Assembly (NCBI GenBank): GCA_964016885.1
Contig: OZ024742.1
Location: 50,716,001 to 50,780,000 of the forward strand
DNA length: 64,000 bases
Source of the DNA: Eledone cirrhosa
Taxonomy: Eukaryota
Direction of reading: 5' to 3'
In this document: one piece after another, positions 52,520-64,000 of the stretch
Numbering within the stretch: position 1 is the stretch's first letter
How the letters are laid out: each line of letters starts with the position of its first letter
Position numbers and translations under genes: made by a program
The notes under the pieces: model-generated
What the model saw: the letters and a program-made list of their open reading frames with translations, nothing else
Databases searched by the model: none
Told to the model about the DNA's origin: nothing

Positions 52520-55500
52520 AAGCTAGGAGGCCCTCTTACCAGCACTTTCCCTTCCCCCCACACACACCAGCTACCCACCCCTGATGCCGCTCGGTACCCC
52601 AGTTCCCGGCCACACGCAACCCCCATCCCTCTAACACATGCAGCACTTGCAGCACCACTAACAAACGGAAGAGAGGCCGGAACTGTTTGGGGTGTGGCTG
52701 CGTCCACCACCTCACCTGCGTTGGCTTGACTCGTCGAGCTTCCAACGCCCTAGAAGCGTCGAGGTGCAGGAGCTGCCTCTTCCCCACGGCTTCCCAGCCA
52801 CGGCGGTCTGGCACACCACCAGCTGGGACAGCGAGCTTGCCTGGCGCCAAGCCTCGTTGGTGAACATCGCTAGGCTCAGGCAGGTCCGGAAGAGACCACT
52901 CAGGATCCCGAGAGTGGCACGGGTGCCGGTAGCCGATGCCCTCGCTTCCTCGATTGAGAGCGCCCTGGACACCAATCGAGACAGTGACTGGGTGCGGCTG
53001 TTTTAATTTGCTCACCAACCCTCGGCCTCCCCAGCGCTGGCGCTGACCGGGGCGGTCGATCAACAGCAGCCTTCATCATGGCCAATGTTTCGGCCTTTGG
53101 GCGAACGCCTATTCCAAGCGTGCCCAAGGACGCCACACACCCCACCCTTAGATACCGCCTATCCTCCAGCCCCGAGGCCAGCGTCAAGCGTTTGCGTAAC
53201 CAGGTAAATGCCAAGCTTTTCATGGGGGGTGTCACGGCCGCAGAGTTGTTGCCTCAGAGGACACTGTCCTCCAAACCACCGAGGAGGTCCTGGCTACTTG
53301 GAGACTCAAACACCCTGAGCCACCCTCTGACCTCAGACCCATACCCCTACCCGACCCCCACTTGCTCCTCGTGGATTCTGATGTCCGCCATCAGGTCCTT
53401 CCCAGCTAGCAGCTACCGAGGTGTTGATGGTCTCCGACCACGCAACCTCGAGGAGTTGATATCCCCCTTCTCCGCAGAGACCGGGCGCCGCCTTCTGAGT
53501 GCAATTGTGGGGCTCACCAATAGGCTCATCCATGGCACTCTGGAACCTTACGCCCGAGGCCTCTTTTTTTTCGGCCAGCTTGACCGCTCTCAGGAAGAAA
53601 GATGGTGGCATTTCTGTGAGCAATGTCTTCTGGAGGCTGGCTGCCAAGGTGATCTGCAAGTCCGTAAGACACGAACTGAGTGAGGAATTTAGTCCGGTGA
53701 AACGTGGTATCGCCGTGTCCGGTGGTTGTGAGGGGGCCGCTCATGCAACCAGGCAGTTCCTCAACAGCTGCCCATCGGAACCTGCATCCAGGGACTCCAG
53801 GCACCTCATTGTCAAGCTTGACATGAGGAATGCCTTCAACTCTTTACGCCGGGATCGTCTGCTCGAGGCCTGCCTCAGCCGAGCCCCCATCTGCCTACCC
53901 GCTGGCCTCCCTGTCATATGGAGCCCCGAGCATGCAACTTGCTGCTGATACGGTCATAAACTCGGCTACTGGGGTCCAACTGGGCGAACCTTTGGGACCC
54001 CTCCTGTTCGCCCTTGGTATTGACCACATCGCCCGGAGTATCACGGCCCCTCTCAACGTTTGGTATCTGGATGATGCTACGTTGGGTGGGCCCGTACGGA
54101 CGGTCTGCCATAACCTTCAATCGGTGGTTCCTTCGCTGGCGGGAATTGGCCTCCATGTCAACTTGGCCAAGTAGGAAGTGGTGAATGTCAGCCTCGATGC
54201 AGCGAGCTTTTCAGCCTCCGTCTTGGTCGTGCGGTCCATTCACCGCCAGGTTCAGGTGACCCCCAAAGAGGACGTCCTCATCATCGGGACACGGATCAAC
54301 CGGCCGGCTATCTGCTCCACCATCAGGTCCAGGCTTCAACAACTCCAGACTGTCACGTGCCGACTGGGATTGATTGACAGCCACCCAGCTTTCTTTCTGC
54401 TGAGGAACGGCTTCGCCATGCCGAAGCTCCTTTATAAACTCCGCAGCGCTCCGTGATACACCCAGACATCTCTTCTCGCTGACCTTCAAACTTGTATCCG
54501 AGCAGCAGCCGATGAGGTATGCAACGTCAGGTTTGACGACATAGGGTGGCAAAAGGCCACTTTACCTGTCAGATATGGCCGGCCTTGGCCTCCGGTCCTC
54601 GATCTCACTAGCTTTGCCGGCGTATCTTTCGTCTGTAACCTCGTGCCGCGTCCTCGTCAGCTGGGTTCTTCAAAACACAACATAACTCTCTGTGTTCAGA
54701 GAACGCGAGGCCGCCTGTGAGACGTGGGACCAGCTAGGACTTAGCCCAGTAGACGTCCCTCCTCCTTCTCCCCTTGTTGACTTCAAGTCCCCCCTCCCTA
54801 ACGCACTTGCGATACCATCCAGTGCAGCCTGGCCTCGACCATCACCGCCTTGCTTGTTTTCATGCGGCCTCCAAACCCCACAGTGGTGCCTGGCTCCATG
54901 CCCTGCCCTCCTTCTCCACTGGCACGCAGCTAGACAACCATAGCCTGCGCATCGGCGTTTCCATGAGGCTCAGCCTCCGGATCTGCCAGCCACACCAATG
55001 TCGCTGTGGTTCCACCGTGGACTCTTTCGGCTTCCATCCGCTTTTCTGTCGTCACAGTGCCGGCCGCATTCCACGCCATGCTGCCCTCAACGAGATCATT
55101 AAGCATGGCTTGGACGCTGCAGGCTTCCCTTCTCAGTACGTGCCGGTGGGGCTGGATCGAGGGGAGCGCAAAAGGCCAGATGGCATGACCATCTTCACGT
55201 TCCTTGGTAGCAAACCCTTCGTCTGGGATGCCACTTGCACCGACACTTTCTGCAGCCGCAACCTGGTGCAGTCTGCGACTGACCCAGGTTATGCTGCATG
55301 TCGCGCTGAGGGCGCCATACTCCTCAAATACCGGTCGCTCTCCGACAGGTTTGCGGTCGTGACCCTGGCAGTGGAGATTTCTGGTGTGCTCAGCCCCAGG
55401 GCTACCTCCTTACTCACCACTATAGGAGCTGAGATGGCCAGCCGCAGGTGTGAGCCCCGCGAATTGGGGTGGCTTTTCCAGCGCGTCGCCTTTGCCGTCC

Positions 55501-55580
55501 TCCGGGGAAACGCCCTCTCCATTATGTCCGCCGGGACTGTGGGTGGGCCCCATCGCGTACCGTTGTAGTTGTTGTAGAAG
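52520..55580 (+). mobile_element. CRE-like non-LTR retrotransposon (PHD - RT - CCHC - restriction-like endonuclease), degenerate
   Basis: GVDGLRP; FSASLTALRKKDGG; RLAAKVIC; VSGGCEGAAHA; KLDMRNAFNSL; GVQLGEPLGPLLF; WYLDD; GAWLHALP; CRCGSTVDSFGFHPLFC; RH; RPDG; WDATC; KY; AVE; GC-rich versus flanks; boundaries approximate. Confidence 0.88.
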
Positions 55581-55816
55581 AAACAGGAAGACAACAACTG
55601 GAAAGTTTGATTTTCTACTTTATGATTTATTTATTGAAGGGTAGCTGCAGTTACACTTTAATTTCTTCTCCTTTATCTGTCTTGGTTAAATGACAAACAC
55701 TGATACGTTAAATTGATTAACAATGAAGTTTTACTAAACGCAGAAAACTATTCTAAGACGTCTAAAACGAACCCTTCAATGTTTCCATACTTCGTGAGTA
55801 GGAAACATAAGACATA

Positions 55817-56000
55817 ATTGTTTCTACTTTAGGCACAAGCCTAGCAATAACCCAGTGCATTACTGGTACTTTTATTTTATTGACCCCGTAAGGATGAAAG
55901 GCGAAGTCAACCTCGGCGGGATTTGAACTCAGATCGTAAAGGGACGTAACTATGCTGGAAAGCATGGCTTCCGACCCTCTACTGACACTGCCAATCCACC
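55817..56000 (-). mobile_element. tRNA-derived SINE copy
   Basis: Family match. Confidence 0.9.
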
Positions 56001-56909
56001 AATAATGACTGTAATTTCGGTTTCCGAGATGCATCAAATAATTCAAAATGCATAAAATAGTTAAAAATCTAGTCCACAATCAATAATGTTTAGATGATAG
56101 AATTAAGATTTTTAACGTGATTGTCAATTGCATTGAGGTATCAATTTCATCTAAAGTGTCTGAAATTGTGGAGTTTTACAGAACGTAAACATAGATGCAT
56201 TACCTTCAAAATTAACTCCATCATTTAACGTATTAAAATAAAATCATTGATGTTTATTTCTGAATTAAACTCATAATGTAGTCAATAACCATAATTTTGA
56301 ACGGAGCTAAATACATGTTTGGTATTTCCATGTGATTTTCGGGGTATTGCAATTAATTATGTTGCTACAGATTGATCTTAAAATGATTATTATTTGAGAC
56401 AAATTATTTGATTTATTTGAAAAATATACGTTATTGTTATATCAGCATAACATTTCCATTTTCCCTATAGTTAATATCATTAGAATAAATACGGATGCAA
56501 TTAATTCATAATAATAATATTTATACATATAAAACTATATTTGATTTCTAAACGAATATTTTAAATAACTCTAACGAGAAAAATAAAGTTTGACTGTATT
56601 AATCCAGTGACGACATGTTGGTGAGCATAATAGAATCAAGAGAAACAGATCTTCAGTTGAAAAGTGTTTAAATATGTAAATAATATTGTATGTTAAGATT
56701 GGCAACATGTTTTGTATTATGTATTCAGGATATGTAAATAAACTTCTATATCGCTCTAAATCATTGAGTAAAATGATATCTCCATCAAGCAATTTGATTA
56801 AATAACAAATAACACTTCTCAAGTATAGCATACTGATTAACAGTGGCTCAATGGGTGTTATAATCAAGTCATTACGAAAATATATTCTACACTTGACGGA
56901 TTACTATTC

Positions 56910-57082
<173 letters not shown>

Positions 57083-57220
57083 CCACCCTTGCCTTCTGTC
57101 TTTACATATGGCACTAGACAGAATTGGTCCTTTCCTCATTCACTCTTATCTGGGAACAGTTTTCTATGGCGCCAGTTTGTGATTTGAACTCGGGAATTTC
57201 ATATTCTCCGAGCGAGAAGA

Positions 57221-57304
57221 ACATTCTGACGAGAATCCCCTTCTCAATGGTGGTCCGCCTGGATTATCAACTTATTTTTGGATTTGAAACCGCGCGGTAA
57301 GCGT
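57221..57304 (+). ncRNA. Type I hammerhead ribozyme with long stem II insert and palindromic stem III
   Basis: acauu-CUGACGA-gaaucc(41 nt)ggauuu-GAAA-ccgcgcgg-UA-agcgu; canonical core, GUA triplet, stem I imperfect; sits in an about 290-bp island between microsatellites. Confidence 0.7.
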
Positions 57305-57372
57305 ACATATAGTAAGTACAACACATTTTTAAAAATGTATTTTAAAGGTTTTTCTCTATTTGTTAAATCTTG

Positions 57373-57425
<53 letters not shown>

Positions 57426-57598
57426 ATATTGTTATACTAGGGGAGGGTGAAATTTGTGTAATATTGCCAGAATTAATAACAGAACACACTCACTGTTTCG
57501 TTGGTGTTGTGTCTATTATATCGGTTAATTTAATTTATTCGGACCTCAATGTTGCCATTGACTGACCAACGGTCAAAAGTACAGTTACAATATAGACA

Positions 57599-57646
<48 letters not shown>

Positions 57647-57667
57647 AATATATATATATATATATAT

Positions 57668-58312
57668 ATTGGTAAACGGAATAGAAAATGCTGACAAATT
57701 GTTCACAGTGAAAAATAGTTTAATTAAAAATAAGTGAGAATTAGTAATAGTATTGGTTAGTATTGAGTTTTGGTTTTTACCGGTTGCGCATTTCTAATGC
57801 TTTTCAAAAATAATTTTGAGATAGAGCATCCGTGATGTTTATTTATTAAAATAACAGATTAAAGTTTAAGCAAAGAATCGCTGCTTTCACCCTTAACGGG
57901 ATCTTCTGAAACTAACAAAGTCAATCTGTGAACGCGGAAGTGAATATTTCAAAAACCGTTGCAACCGGAGGAAGACAGGAAGACGATACTTTGGTTCGTA
58001 GAAACGTTCCCTGGCAAATAACGGGAAAAACGAATATGATACGTCATTATTTGGAGCGGTTAAAAACAATTATACGCAAAGACAAAACCATGTTTATGGT
58101 ATAAAAGAAGTCGCAGAATAATATTCTATTAGGTGGTTCATAGAGAATTTCTCTGGCAATAAACGGAAAAAACGAAGATAATCCGTGATATGTGGAGCGA
58201 TAGAACAATTGCACGCAAAGACAAAACCACGTAAATGGTATAACTGAAGTTGTAGACTAAATTCTAACTAGGAAACCGAAAGATTCTCGGCTTCAGAGTT
58301 AAGAATAAATAA
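57668..58312 (-). repeat. Modules B+A, possibly the 3' terminus of the adjacent minus-strand PLE
   Basis: Homologous to 48470-48642 and 49300-49778; ends at (TA)n. Confidence 0.75.
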
Positions 58313-58989
58313 AATACAGAGGTAAAAGAAATTAAATAAATACATAACGCAACCATATACGTACATACACAAGAATACGCGAAAACACTCGCGAAAGGTA
58401 TACAAATACACGCACGAACACACAAAAGAATCAAAATACGAAAAAACCGCACGCACGTACAGAACCCACGCAACGCCTGTACCCGCACGCATACCTTGTA
58501 TACACTAAATACACATACAAATATATATATAAATATATATATATATATATGTGTGTGTGTGCGTGTATACATTTAATTTAAATAAACGTATATAAATAAA
58601 TAAATACGTATATAACAAGCGCACACACATACCTACATGTAAATACACTTATGTTCGGAGATACATCAACCAAAACACGAAGTACACATATACACACACC
58701 CTAAGTACGTACGAACCCGCATACTCAAACAGAAGCAAACCTCACGTATACACATAACCAAATGCACATGTACCAGAAAAAATAATATAATCGCCGTAAC
58801 ATATACAATCAAATATACGTACGAGAAAGTATACGTACCTTCACAAACCATACAGGCAATATATACTTACTTATACAAATAAGTAATGGTATAAACATAA
58901 CATATACTTAGCTACCACATCAACACGTAAAATATCCCCGTATAGTTCGTACTATCCGTTAGGGTATAATGTGGAGCTGTAATACAGGA

Positions 58990-60136
58990 AAGTGGTGTGC
59001 AATTTATGTTTACAAGCCGAAATTGCCTCAGATTTTTTGTTTAAGATGTGGTCTTTGGCGTAGGGTATTTCCAGGTCCTCAGTGGACAGAGGTGACATGG
59101 TCTTTTATTTCCGTTATACGATCTAGCCCTAGCTAGGATCTCCCAGTGTAACTTATATTGGGTCTGGTTGTCTTTTAGACTCCAGATCTAAGCTGAAGGT
59201 GACGTCATATTCCTTCTTAAAGGGTAACAAAAATAATGGGTATGCATGTAAAGAAGCTGCTTTAATATATTGGCGGTTAACTCTATGTAGGCCCTACGGG
59301 ACGTGGGTGTTTCAACCTTACATTTGTAGACAATGTTACTAGAGAGGCATTTCCCGGATAGGTGCAGTCAACCCGATTCCTACAATTACAGTTAGTACTA
59401 ACTACAGGGTTAAACGTGTTCCTACGGCTAGGTAGTTTAGCTAAATTTGAAGCTGTGATGTTATGTGCAAAAGAAATTTTAATAGTATTTCTATTAAAGA
59501 TTTTACTATATTTATGTGTAGGGGGAAAATGCTTCATAATAAAGGAGAGAAAGATCTTAGCTAATGGTGTGGCTACCTCCATATTATATGGTGGGTTATA
59601 CCATATAATTCGTCGGGTTCTATTTCTTCTAGGTCTATTCTCGTACTCTATATATGCTACCTTATCAAAAAATCCACTCCGAGCAAGATCTTCATTGTAA
59701 TATGTGGAATGGTCGTTGAAAATATGCTCTTTAGTAGATAGACTGGAAAGCCTCAAAGAAACGTTTCTTACCAGGTTCTTGGTTATGCTGCCAGGATGGT
59801 TAGAATGCTTACTTATGTAATTAACCGTATCATTCGGCTTTCTATAGGAGTAATGCAAGCCATTCGATAAATTGGGGGTAACGTCGAGGAAATTAACGAC
59901 CGAGAGGTTGGCCACAACCTGTATGGAAAGGTTGAAGCACTTAAAGAAGGCTGTGCGTTATTTTCTGAATCTGTCGCAAGCATGTGCGCCGCACTTAGTC
60001 ATGGTCAAAAGACCATCATCACGGTAAAAACTACCGCCCACGTTGGGGAATTCTTCCTTGATAGAGAAAATAAGGAAAAGGCCAATAAGATCAGTAACCT
60101 CCGCAGAATCGCTGACGCCCATACTCACGTCGAATG
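58990..60136 (-). mobile_element. 5'-truncated Penelope-like element (RT + GIY-YIG), same group as 32730-34372
   Basis: FDVSMGVSDSAEVTDLIG; FYRDDGL; VNFLDVT; YRKPNDTVNYISKHSNHP; IIWYNPPY; KIFNRNTIKISF; CNCRNRVDC. Confidence 0.9.
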
Positions 60137-60248
60137 GGTTAAATCCCGCCAAGGTTAACTTTGCCTTTCATCCTTACGGGGTCGATAAAATAAAGTACCA
60201 GTAATGCACTGGGTAATTGCTGGCCTTGTGTCTAACGTAGAAACAATT
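60137..60248 (+). mobile_element. SINE 3' part abutting the PLE truncation point
   Basis: Family match from the B-box onward. Confidence 0.85.
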
Positions 60249-61140
60249 ATATATATATGCGCGTGTGTGTAACGATATTTTGAACGTGCAATATCTATAG
60301 TTTTATGTTATTAGATCTAGTTAACTAAGTGTACATAATTGTGACGATACGAGGAGACATCACAGTTAACTAGGCAGCTCCAGGCAATATATATTGTGCG
60401 CCAATTTTCCATTATTTGACACACCTTGTATACAGCAGGACGCTTCGGAGTACAAGATTGAATTTAATATATAAAATATTGATCAATGTATATAGAAATA
60501 AAGAATGGTTTAGATCGGTATCATCTTAGATTATGCAAGTAAAGGAGAGAACTAAACAAAGAGCTGTAGAATAGTGGACATAATAGAAACAAAACCGTAG
60601 TGGTTTTAGTGATAGAAAATAAATGCATCAGACTTCAGGAGTGTTTTTGCAATATATTTTAAATGAGATGAAGAACATAAAATAACTTAATAAAATGACA
60701 ATAACATCGAACCTACAGATGGATAATATGACAAATATAGCACCAGATAAATCATAAGTAAAACATCACTGTCAATGACAACAAAGCTCCTAAGTAAATA
60801 TCCGATTTAATACAAATTTATATCTAGAAATCATAATAATCATATAGAGTGTTTAGTATATTTTTCATATTACATGATTGAAATATCAAAAATATTTCAA
60901 AGGAAATCACACATGGAGAAGACAATCTTATTCCCTAAGAGAATTATTCATATACCCATTAACACGCACTAGCCAATTGGGATGGCGTTACGAAAACTAG
61001 TTCAGAAGGTAGTGGGGAAGTTAAACACCATAATACCTGTGAGACATTACACCTTCCTCGCTTACTATACACACGTATAAGAACTTATCCAATCACACGC
61101 ATTTAAACCGCCCATATATATATATATATATATATATATA

Positions 61141-61253
61141 ACGAAGGAGGTGTGGTAAGGAACAGATGGACCATAAGGAACCATAGTAGTTAATACTTAG
61201 GGTAGTAGAGTGGGTAATAAAAAAGCTCTACCGTCGGGGTCAAACATTTTCCT
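61141..61253 (+). mobile_element. Diverged copy of the 7142-7276 PLE terminal fragment between (TA)n tracts
   Basis: acgaaggaRRtgtggtaaggaac..tggaccataa..aatacttRgggtagtagagtgg..ccgtcggggtc. Confidence 0.75.
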
Positions 61254-62589
61254 ATATACATATATATATATATATTTATTTATGTATATATATATGTGCG
61301 TGTGTGTGTGTTTGTGGGAGAGAGAGTGTGTGTATGTGCGTATATGTGTGTGTGTGAGTATGTGTATAAAAACTGGTGTGCTCATGTGCGGAGATGATAC
61401 AAAATAGCCAGTACAATAGTGTGAAGACATTAAAGATGGTCAAAGAATTTTCAGCGACTGCTATGGAATCTCAAACGCAGAGGTAACATAGAAAACCGAA
61501 TAAAATATAGCCAATAGCTGATTGCTACTATTTTCTGTCTCTTGGAGTATTTTACCCAGAGGTATTGTTTGTAGGGACCGACTGTCGTGAAAGATATTTT
61601 CTGGGTTTGGCATTCCTACATTTCTAAATTTCAAATCATACAAAAAAAGTGTATGCAAAACATTTAATTTATATTGTTCCCAACCGTTTCTGACGAAGAT
61701 TCCTCCAATGTATTCAATCATAGCAATTCATTTCTCGTAAAATTATCGTGTAATTATCTGACCTTTTCACATAAAATTGAGCTATTCATATATTTCTCAG
61801 GGTGATTCATCGTGACACAATTCGTTTCTTTGAATTACTGATAGAACTCATTGTTTAGCATTGTCATATAAAGTGTATAGTTCTAGATGCCAGTGATGAA
61901 TAAATATGACAATTAAACCACCATCCGGTTAATAAACTAACACACTGTTGTATTAATTACCTAAATAATAATAACATGGAACGGAAACTAAATTGGTTCA
62001 TTAGTTTCATTAGCAGCATGACCTACCGGTTGGATCCAAACGGAACCTGAACCCATAAGATCTGGTTTCTGGGGTATGTCACTATTTATAAAACAAATTT
62101 TGTATTTTATCTGATGAGGGCGTACCAAAGTTTTATAAATTTATTTTCCATTTATTAATATCATTGGTATTAAACTCCAGGAAAATATAATTATGTATAT
62201 ATATACATAATTATTATTATCATTATTATTATTAGCACAGATTAAATGTATATGCAAGCGATTTCTGCGTTCACCTTAAAACGGGATCGTTTGATACTGC
62301 GATATATCAATCAGTAGACGCAGATAGGAAAATGTCCGAAACATTACGAGCAAATGCGGTGATGTATTTGTTTTACAAGATTTTTTCATATGAAATGGTG
62401 TGTTGAAACAGATATTGTTATATTTCGGGAGAGTCATGTTGTTCTAATATTGCCAGAAATAATTGTAAAACACACTCATTTCTTTCATTATTTTATTATA
62501 CTTATGAATAATTAAGCTGGAAATCAACGTTTATTATTGATTTACTAACAGTTAAATCGATACATGTAAAAACAGTTTCTCAAACATAT

Positions 62590-64000
62590 TTGTAAATGAC
62601 GTGGGAGCGTCGGGAGTGACATTCAACCATTTCTTCAATGTGAAACACGAAGGGTGCATTTCAGAGCAAAGGTGTGTGCTCTAAGAAACAAGGACCGCCC
62701 TTCGATGGGCCACCGTTGCAGAGCCGCAGCGTGGTAATAGAACCACCATTCGGATTTTGACAGATCGAGAGGAACGGGAGCTGACTAATTCAGGAAGATG
62801 GTTGAGGCCTTTGGCCAGTACTTAACACGAATGTTCAGAAGGAGTGGATGGTCGGCGATGGTGGCGGATTTAAGTCCCTATAGCGATGGCCTTCTGCATT
62901 TTTTGACATCTGAAACTGGGCGCTGCGAAAGTCCGATAACTTCAGCCGAGATTCAGGATATCCTAATTGGCTGCACGAGCTTTACGTAGATATGCCAGAT
63001 GTGTTCTCCGATCTCCTCGAAACGATTTACTGCAACTGGAAGCAGAACGAGAGTATTCCTAGTTCTGTGAAACGGAGCGTAGTGAGGCTGATAAGGAAAG
63101 ACAAGAACTAGAGAGACACATTAGATATCTTCAAGCCCAAAACACCGAGATTAAGATTTTGGACAAGTGGTTGTCGCTTATTGTTGAGGATTTAGGTAGG
63201 AGGCGCAAACTTGCGCGCCCACGACCAGGTCCTACACGACGACCTCCACCTCATGGGATACATCATAGAGAATGTAAGGTGTAAACCTGGCTTCAGTGGG
63301 GCTCGTTTCAATTTAGATCAATCTTAAATTTCGATACTGTCAAGCATCGATACATGGAGGCTGTTCTCAATGCAGTTGGTTTCATTCCCGTCTTCAGAAC
63401 CAGGCTCGTTGCAAGCACAGCGGCATCTGTTCGGTGGACAAAGTTAATTTCCCATCTTTCGGAACCGTTTCATATCTCACTTTCGGTCCGTCAAAGGTAC
63501 CTTATCTCCTCCATTCTGTAAATATTGACGTTACTGCGGAAGCTGGAGCTGTTGCAGGGAATCATACTAGATCGGGATCGTAAAGGGTGTGTTAGCATAT
63601 GATTACATCACCCGGATGGTGTCAAACACCTCGGAAATCGAGTTGGTTGGGACATTCTTGGAGAAATATGATAGGTTAATAGGAACAAAATTAAACCCGG
63701 AAAAATCGGTGAAGTTGCAGCTCGGTATTGAACGGAAGGACCGGTAAAGTTTCATGGGGTTTAGTTTGGAAGGCGGATAAGAATTGGGACGAAGTTACGA
63801 ACAGGGTAGCCACTCTCATCTAGAAATGAGCTAAGCGGAAGCTGTCAGTGAAATGCCGGGTGGAGGTGGCGAACATATACATCGCATCCGCTATCTTCAA
63901 GCGTCTGGCCATCATGCATTGACTCTGTTCGCGCCTCGCCAAATTGGAACGACTCCTTTTCAACTTCTTGTGGAGTAGATGGGTTCCGTTGGTGAGGTTA
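62590..64000 (+). mobile_element. L1/Tx1-clade LINE relic (RT region), runs off window
   Basis: CESPITSAEI; RSVVRLIRKDKN; RSLHDDLHLMGYII-like; SVRQRY (RQG-like); TGTKLNPEKS-like; related to 1705-3190. Confidence 0.75.

Noticed and set aside
57166-57302. Plus-strand first exon [14 protein letters not shown] with gtaagc donor
   Set aside because: Better explained by the overlapping hammerhead; PLE pseudo-LTRs often carry donors; no recognisable homology
62105-62140. uuuau-CUGAUGA-gggcguacc-AAAguuuu-auaaa possible HHR
   Set aside because: G12 missing and stem II only 2 bp; at best a dead relic

Overview
AT-rich animal genomic DNA, most likely cephalopod (inferred from the octopus-type tRNA SINE, dense (TA)n/(GT)n microsatellites and the repeat mix). 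No intact host gene can be supported; only weak minus-strand candidate exons are visible. The window is dominated by decayed mobile elements: about seven Penelope-like elements (PLEs; RT plus C-terminal GIY-YIG) with solo pseudo-LTR fragments, nearly all abutting (TA)n; a full-length degenerate Helitron (12797-18504) and a small non-autonomous one; a CRE-like RT/RLE retrotransposon with an N-terminal PHD finger; RTE and L1/Tx1 LINE relics; at least ten SINE copies; several long fold-back elements; and local tandem duplications. The main signal hidden from the ORF track is a dense set of type I hammerhead ribozyme (HHR) motifs: ten complete and several partial. They include minimal forms with a palindromic stem III, two with an extended stem II, one with a U3-A8 core, and a non-canonical CAGUUGA core that is identical in two diverged copies. 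All folds were read by eye and are untested.
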